This document shows, piece by piece, positions 30,974 through 37,661 of a DNA stretch of 37,661 nucleotides. A program made the translations under genes and the position numbers. Source of the DNA: Octopus bimaculoides (lineage: Eukaryota); NCBI RefSeq assembly GCF_001194135.2, contig NC_068999.1:26993858-27031518 (forward strand), given 5' to 3'. The notes beneath the pieces were generated by a model, which saw only the letters and a list, made by a program, of their open reading frames with translations, had not been told where the DNA came from and searched no databases. The first letter of the stretch is position 1. Every line of letters begins with the position of its first letter.

Positions 30974-33722
30974 GCACACTGAAATTTGAATGCTTCACAG
31001 TGCGCTTCGGTAATCACAGACTTATGAAGAATCGTAAAATGATGTAGTTTGAGATGGTTTCCCTTGGACGTACTTAACTTGTTTGTGCTGAGCTTCATGA
31101 GAGATTGTTTTTTGTATTATATCTGTTAATGTTTGTGTGCTTGTTTTTTTTTATGTTTGTGGTACTAACATGTTATTTTGAACAACTTTTTGGTTATACA
31201 TTTGTGTCAGCTTTAGGGAGGTGACTATGAATAATAATTTGGCTATTAATAGGAATGAATAAAAAACTTATTTGTTGTAGACAGAGTTCGGTGTGTGACA
31301 GAATGGAAATTTATGACCTTAGTAATTTTTGCTTCAAGATCATTGCAGTGATTGAGTTGTGTGTTGAAGTATGGTAATAAGGCTGGTTGGTGAAGTAGTT
31401 TCTATTGTGAGGTGTGTGGGGAATTGGGCTGAAATGCAGATGTTTTTGAAGCAGGATGCTTTAGTACGAGGAGTGTGAGAGTGTCTTCATGCAGATGAAC
31501 TTTGTTACAACTAACACATATACTGAAAATTACAGACATACAAGCTGGGTATGCATGCATACACACCATGTATGTAAACAGAGCACGTATACACACCACT
31601 ACACGTATGCGTATTTATGTGTAAGTATCTAAAATATACACGTGCGTGTACATGTATGTATGCATGTATGTATACACATATTCACTTGCACGCATACATA
31701 CGCACGCATATACGAAATTAATTCATCTGATGGCATTTCGGCCGAAGAACTTTTACTTGAAGGGGGCGCCAGTCGGTCACTGGGCTACCATCCAGGGATC
31801 ATTGCTAGTAATTTTCGGCTGAGTGTACTGGAGTAATGTCCCTTCAAAGCACAAACACATACAGGTACAAACACTTGTTCATATATGTATGTATATAAAC
31901 ATATATGCATGCATTTTAATTGGTATGGCTCTCTATCTATCTATCTTTCTATATTCACACACACACAGATACATACTCACACACACACTTTAGCGTGCGC
32001 ACACACACACATACACACACACGTGAGTACTCGAATACCAAAGGCAGAGTAAAATATTATTTTATTGAATCCCAAAACTTCAAAACTCAGAGTTTAATAT
32101 TCATCACAGTTATTATAATTCACTCTGAAATAATTCAAACGGACTAACGAACGGTTACATACATATAGATTAGTTATAGGATTCATTAGAATCTAGGTAC
32201 ATCTACACGTAAGACGCCAGAACTATCTAATTACCTACCTACCTACCTGCATGCATGCATACATACATACATACATACATACATACACAGACAAACAGAC
32301 ACAGACAGACAGACCCTACACACATATAGGTATAGATCCAATATAGGTAGAATCGATAAAAATAGTACTACATCCAGAGAGAGATATCAATTTGATACAT
32401 ATACCAAAAATAGCTACTAATTGTTTCATGATTTTAAGCTACTTTAAATAGGCATATTTATAAAATATACCATGTATCTCCAAACAATCTTTCAAGCTCT
32501 GTTTAGTCGTTAAATATATTTTAATAACTAGGATGGTGGATAGTGAGAAAATAAGAAAACAAAAATGAGAAGAAAAACGCGAAGAAGGTTAATGCAGAAA
32601 TGTATGTGTCAGGTCACACTTAGTGCTACTACTAGCATGTAATCCAGTTCAACATAGTTGGGCCGTAGGCAACTAAACCAGTAAACATACAAAGCCTGCT
32701 TGGTAAGGAGGGCGGTTTTGACAACCAAATACATACCTATATACATACATATAGATGCACACACACATATATATGTGTGTATATATATATATATATNNNN
32801 NNNNNNNNNNNNNNNNNNNNNNNNNNNNNNNNNNNNNNNNNNNNNNNNNNNNNNNNNNNNNNNNNNNNNNNNNNNNNNNNNNNNNNNNNNNNNNNNNNNN
32901 NNNNNNNNNNNNNNNNNNNNNNNNNNNNNNNNNNNNNNNNNNNNNNNNNNNNNNNNNNNNNNNNNNNNNNNNNNNNNNNNNNNNNNNNNNNNNNNNNNNN
33001 NNNNNNNNNNNNNNNNNNNNNNNNNNNNNNNNNNNNNNNNNNNNNNNNNNNNNNNNNNNNNNNNNNNNNNNNNNNNNNNNNNNNNNNNNNNNNNNNNNNN
33101 NNNNNNNNNNNNNNNNNNNNNNNNNNNNNNNNNNNNNNNNNNNNNNNNNNNNNNNNNNNNNNNNNNNNNNNNNNNNNNNNNNNNNNNNNNNNNNNNNNNN
33201 NNNNNNNNNNNNNNNNNNNNNNNNNNNNNNNNNNNNNNNNNNNNNNNNNNNNNNNNNNNNNNNNNNNNNNNNNNNNNNNNNNNNNNNNNNNNNNNNNNNN
33301 NNNNNNNNNNNNNNNNNNNNNNNNNNNNNNNNNNNNNNNNNNNNNNNNNNNNNNNNNNNNNNNNNNNNNNNNNNNNNNNNNNNNNNNNNNNNNNNNNNNN
33401 NNNNNNNNNNNNNNNNNNNNNNNNNNNNNNNNNNNNNNNNNNNNNNNNNNNNNNNNNNNNNNNNNNNNNNNNNNNNNNNNNNNNNNNNNNNNNNNNNNNN
33501 NNNNNNNNNNNNNNNNNNNNNNNNNNNNNNNNNNNNNNNNNNNNNNNNNNNNNNNNNNNNNNNNNNNNNNNNNNNNNNNNNNNNNNNNNNNNNNNNNNNN
33601 NNNNNNNNNNNNNNNNNNNNNNNNNNNNNNNNNNNNNNNNNNNNNNNNNNNNNNNNNNNNNNNNNNNNNNNNNNNNNNNNNNNNNNNNNNNNNNNNNNNN
33701 NNNNNNNNNNNNNNNNNNNNNN

Positions 33723-33883
33723 CGTGCTGCAGATGTTGGTGAGAGGGATAACTACCCTTGGCAAACAGGACACAGTCGTGTGTCGATAAGCCAGCTGGAG
33801 GAGATGTCCTCCTGGGGCTAAAAGCAACAGTAACATCCACCCCTAGGGGTCAGCCACACTTAAGTGGCAATATACTACACTTT
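33723..33883. repeat. Partial copy of the 2236-2481 family (left part in the gap)
   Basis: GCCAGCTGGAGGAGATGT.CTCCTGG.GCTAAAAGCAA.AGTAACAT.CACCC.TAGGG.TCAGC...TTAAGTGGCAA-TATACT.CAC matches 2390-2481. Confidence 0.85.
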
Positions 33884-33907
33884 ATATATATATATATATA
33901 CATACAT

Positions 33908-34642
33908 ACATATATAAAAATTTTGTACGACTCTCTTATTGTTTCATTCTCTCATTCTTTCATTCATTCTTTCTTTCTTTCTTTCAGCCCTTCACACTTC
34001 GTTCTTTCCACTCTTCTTTCTTTCGCTCACCCTCTCTTACATTTCCTGGCCTTCCCTTCATTCTCACCTTCCCTCCTCTTTCACATCACTCTCTCACTTT
34101 TCTTGTTTTCTCGTCCCTCCCCAATTCTTCTATCCCTCTGCCTCTACCTCACTGCCTCTATCTCTCTCCTCTCCTTCCACATGACCGGTGTTTGGCCAAG
34201 ACTGATCTTTCTTTCTTGGTTCGACTACCATCCGTGCAACATCTATATCCCTTCCCATGCCTGTCATCTTTTATGTCCGTGCTGTAAGGCTTCACTTCCA
34301 CACACGCTAGCTTAATTTAATTCGTCCTTAGCCGAAAGACACCTGTTGTTAATGTCCTGTCTACATTTGTATTTGCATACCATTTCTCCGTTTTTCCGTC
34401 CTTGTTTTCGTATACATTCGCTGCTTTCTTCCAAGGAATCTAGTGCTCTTAGCTTAGATTTTCTGCTAGATTGGAGCAATCTCGAATATAACCAACCGAA
34501 ACTGCAAAGATTATCTGGAACTCGACTGACGAAAGAAAACTTCGAATGACCCGTCCTTGTTTTTCATTCCCTTTTTGTATCATCCAACTGTCTGGATGTA
34601 TTGTTGCCGCCTGTTGCGTTCTTGCTCCATATTTTGTATTCT
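33908..34642 (+). repeat. About 735-bp repeat, copy 1 (CT-rich, Penelope-pLTR-like)
   Basis: Collinear with 35731-36465; roughly 90% identical by eye, with small indels. Confidence 0.9.
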
Positions 34643-34709
34643 TTTTTATATACATATAGCGGCGTAGTACACTTTTATATACACACATATATATATATAT
34701 ACAAATATA

Positions 34710-34750
<41 letters not shown>

Positions 34751-35730
34751 NNNNNNNNNNNNNNNNNNNNNNNNNNNNNNNNNNNNNNNNNNNNNNNNNN
34801 NNNNNNNNNNNNNNNNNNNNNNNNNNNNNNNNNNNNNNNNNNNNNNNNNNNNNNNNNNNNNNNNNNNNNNNNNNNNNNNNNNNNNNNNNNNNNNNNNNNN
34901 NNNNNNNNNNNNNNNNNNNNNNNNNNNNNNNNNNNNNNNNNNNNNNNNNNNNNNNNNNNNNNNNNNNNNNNNNNNNNNNNNNNNNNNNNNNNNNNNNNNN
35001 NNNNNNNNNNNNNNNNNNNNNNNNNNNNNNNNNNNNNNNNNNNNNNNNNNNNNNNNNNNNNNNNNNNNNNNNNNNNNNNNNNNNNNNNNNNNNNNNNNNN
35101 NNNNNNNNNNNNNNNNNNNNNNNNNNNNNNNNNNNNNNNNNNNNNNNNNNNNNNNNNNNNNNNNNNNNNNNNNNNNNNNNNNNNNNNNNNNNNNNNNNNN
35201 NNNNNNNNNNNNNNNNNNNNNNNNNNNNNNNNNNNNNNNNNNNNNNNNNNNNNNNNNNNNNNNNNNNNNNNNNNNNNNNNNNNNNNNNNNNNNNNNNNNN
35301 NNNNNNNNNNNNNNNNNNNNNNNNNNNNNNNNNNNNNNNNNNNNNNNNNNNNNNNNNNNNNNNNNTATATAATATATTATAGATTAACTACCAACAAAAA
35401 TAATTGGTAAGCTAACTCAAAAAATCATCACCAAAATAGCAGAAAAAAACGACAGTGAAGGTATGTAACCTCTTCAAGAATCGATCCTTTTGGTTATATT
35501 AATAATAATAAAGGAGTTACGACGCAAAAACGTATATATTCAAATGAACATAATTATCTTCTTCAATATATATTTCAGTATAAAGAATTCATTAAGAGAC
35601 TTAATAAATTAAAATTTCTTAACACATCTTCAGGAATAAATATAACACCAGAAAAACTACATTCGGTTTAAAATACAAACCGTTCATGGCGAAAAAATTT
35701 CACAATTACAAAAACCGAACAAAATTTTAT

Positions 35731-36465
35731 ACATATATAAAAATTTTGCACGACTCTCTTATTATTTCATTCTCTCATTCTTTCATTCATTCTTTCTTTC
35801 TTTCTTTCTTTCAGCCCTTCACACTTACTTCGTTCTTTCCACTCTTCTTTCTTTCGCTCACCCTCTCTCACATTTCCTGGCCTTCTCTTCATTCGCACCT
35901 TCCCTCCTCTTTCACATCACTCTGTCCCTTTTCTTGTTTTCTCGTCCCTCCCCGATTCTTCTATCCCTCTGCCTCTACCTCTCTCCTCTCCTTCCACCTG
36001 ACCGGTGTTTGGCCAAGCCCGATCTTTCTTTCTTGGTTCGACTACCATCCGTGCAACATCTATATGCCTTCCCATACCTGTCAGCTCTTATGTCCCTGCC
36101 GTAAGGCTTCACTTCCACACACGCTAGCTTAATTTAATTCGTCCTTAGCCGAAAGACACCTGTTGTTAATGTCCTGTTGTTTACATTTGTATTTGCATAC
36201 CATTTCTCCGTTTTTTCCGTCCTTGTTTTCGTATACATTCGCTGCTTTCTTCCAAGGAATCTAGTGCTCTTAGCTTAGATTTTCTGCTAGATTGGAGCAG
36301 TCTCGAATATAACCAGCCGAAACTGCAAAGATAATCTGGAACTCGACTGACGAAAGAAAACTCCGAATGACCCGTCCTTGTTTTTTCATTCCCTTTTTGT
36401 ATCATCCAACTGTCTGGATGTATTGTTGTCGCCTGTTGCGTTCTTGTCCCATTTTCTGTATTCTT
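35731..36465 (+). repeat. About 735-bp repeat, copy 2
   Basis: Second direct copy of 33908-34642. Confidence 0.9.
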
Positions 36466-36849
36466 ATATATATATATATATATNNNNNNNNNNNNNNNNN
36501 NNNNNNNNNNNNNNNNNNNNNNNNNNNNNNNNNNNNNNNNNNNNNNNNNNNNNNNNNNNNNNNNNNNNNNNNNNNNNNNNNNNNNNNNNNNNNNNNNNNN
36601 NNNNNNNNNNNNNNNNNNNNNNNNNNNNNNNNNNNNNNNNNNNNNNNNNNNNNNNNNNNNNNNNNNNNNNNNNNNNNNNNNNNNNNNNATATACGTAGGA
36701 AGTGAATTGGAGCTTACCATATAAAGCAACAATTGATTATGTGTTGATAATAATGAAACGATCGTCAAAGATATATTAAAATGATTTACCAATTCCATTC
36801 TCCGATATTTTTTATTACACAAAGACAGACAGACTACACCTGCGCTAAA

Positions 36850-37600
36850 TAACAACAGCAAAAACTAAATACATAAACTCAATGCTGGAAAGCGAAGGAG
36901 CCAACATCGTACGCGTCGGCAATGAGCTCCTCAGGAAGCATTCTCTTCCTCATGACATCCCATACTATCCTGAAACAGGTGGACTAACATACTGCAAAGA
37001 AAACCTCGATATAAAGCGCTCATCATACCAAATAAAAAGAGAATGACTATTTTGCTGAAGACTTGAAGAAACAAGAAGACAGTAATATCGATATGAAGTG
37101 TAACCTTTCTTGGATTCGTGACCGCTACATCACACTTAGAAGATCATGTTTTGCAATCCAAGAACAAGAGATTGCTACGAAATACTTAGTAAACAAAAGA
37201 GATAGTGAAGCTCTAGGAGTTCCAAGATGCAATCGAAAGTGTAGATTATGTCGTATTTTGGTGGAAGACATGATACATGTGATTAGCAACTGTTCGAAAA
37301 TGTCATCAAAGCACTACCTTCTTGTACGATACCACGTTGTCTCTAAAACAGTATACAGTGCGATTCGAAAAAAAAAATTGCCTTGGAACAAGTATAGAGA
37401 ACTCTTCGCTTATTGAATACATATAATAAACACCAACAGCAGAAATATTGGTGGAACGTTTTCATTCAAAACTTCTATCAAGTGCAAACATAATATGTCG
37501 CATATTGCCGTTTCGGATAGACAAGAAAATGTACGCATCTTCATAGAGGTCAGCTGTCCTGCTGATGTGAATATTTCTTTGAAAATCAAACAGAAAAAAT
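36850..37600 (+). mobile_element. RLE-type (R4/Dong-like) LINE fragment: CCHC knuckle and start of the RLE domain
   Basis: FAIQEQEIATKYL..KCRLC..EDMIHVISNCSKMS..Y..RY..V, then WWNVFIQTSIKCKHN..IFIEVSCPADVNI. Truncated by (CA)n at 37601. Confidence 0.88.
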
Positions 37601-37609
37601 GCACGCACA

Positions 37610-37661
<52 letters not shown>
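37601..37661. repeat. (CA)n microsatellite
   Basis: Direct reading. Confidence 0.95.

Larger units (their letters stand above)
1992..36688. other. Eleven assembly gaps: 1992-2174, 2487-3190, 8865-8874, 17438-18001, 22763-22997, 24827-24993, 26918-27363, 29130-29649, 32797-33722, 34751-35365, 36484-36688
   Basis: N runs, mostly next to (TA)n. All poly-X ORFs in the track are artefacts of these gaps. Confidence 0.99.

Noticed and set aside
1937-36861. Long ORFs containing poly-X or YIYI/SLSL/CVCV/THTH runs
   Set aside because: Artefacts of N gaps and microsatellites.

Overview
AT-rich eukaryotic DNA with 11 N-gaps, most next to (TA)n tracts. The SINE and microsatellite content suggests an octopus/cephalopod draft assembly (inference). 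I see no host protein-coding gene, rRNA, true tRNA or CRISPR array; the window is a layered deposit of decayed transposons. It contains a Helitron helicase remnant, four R4/Dong-like RLE-type LINE pieces, and an RTE fragment bracketed by 194-bp direct repeats. A HERO-like LINE is split by a complete 3.17-kb hAT element (15-bp TIRs, perfect 8-bp TSD). Also present are a Tc1 element, a Penelope-like GIY-YIG remnant, several tRNA-derived SINEs, fold-back elements and many microsatellites. The features not explained by the ORF track are two near-canonical type I hammerhead ribozyme folds (265-311 plus strand; 27520-27586 minus strand), degenerate hammerhead-like cores in small dispersed or tandem repeats (a Penelope-pLTR or retrozyme-like family), and the 3'-truncated RTE with its very long flanking duplication. 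All alignments and folds were done by eye and identities are approximate.
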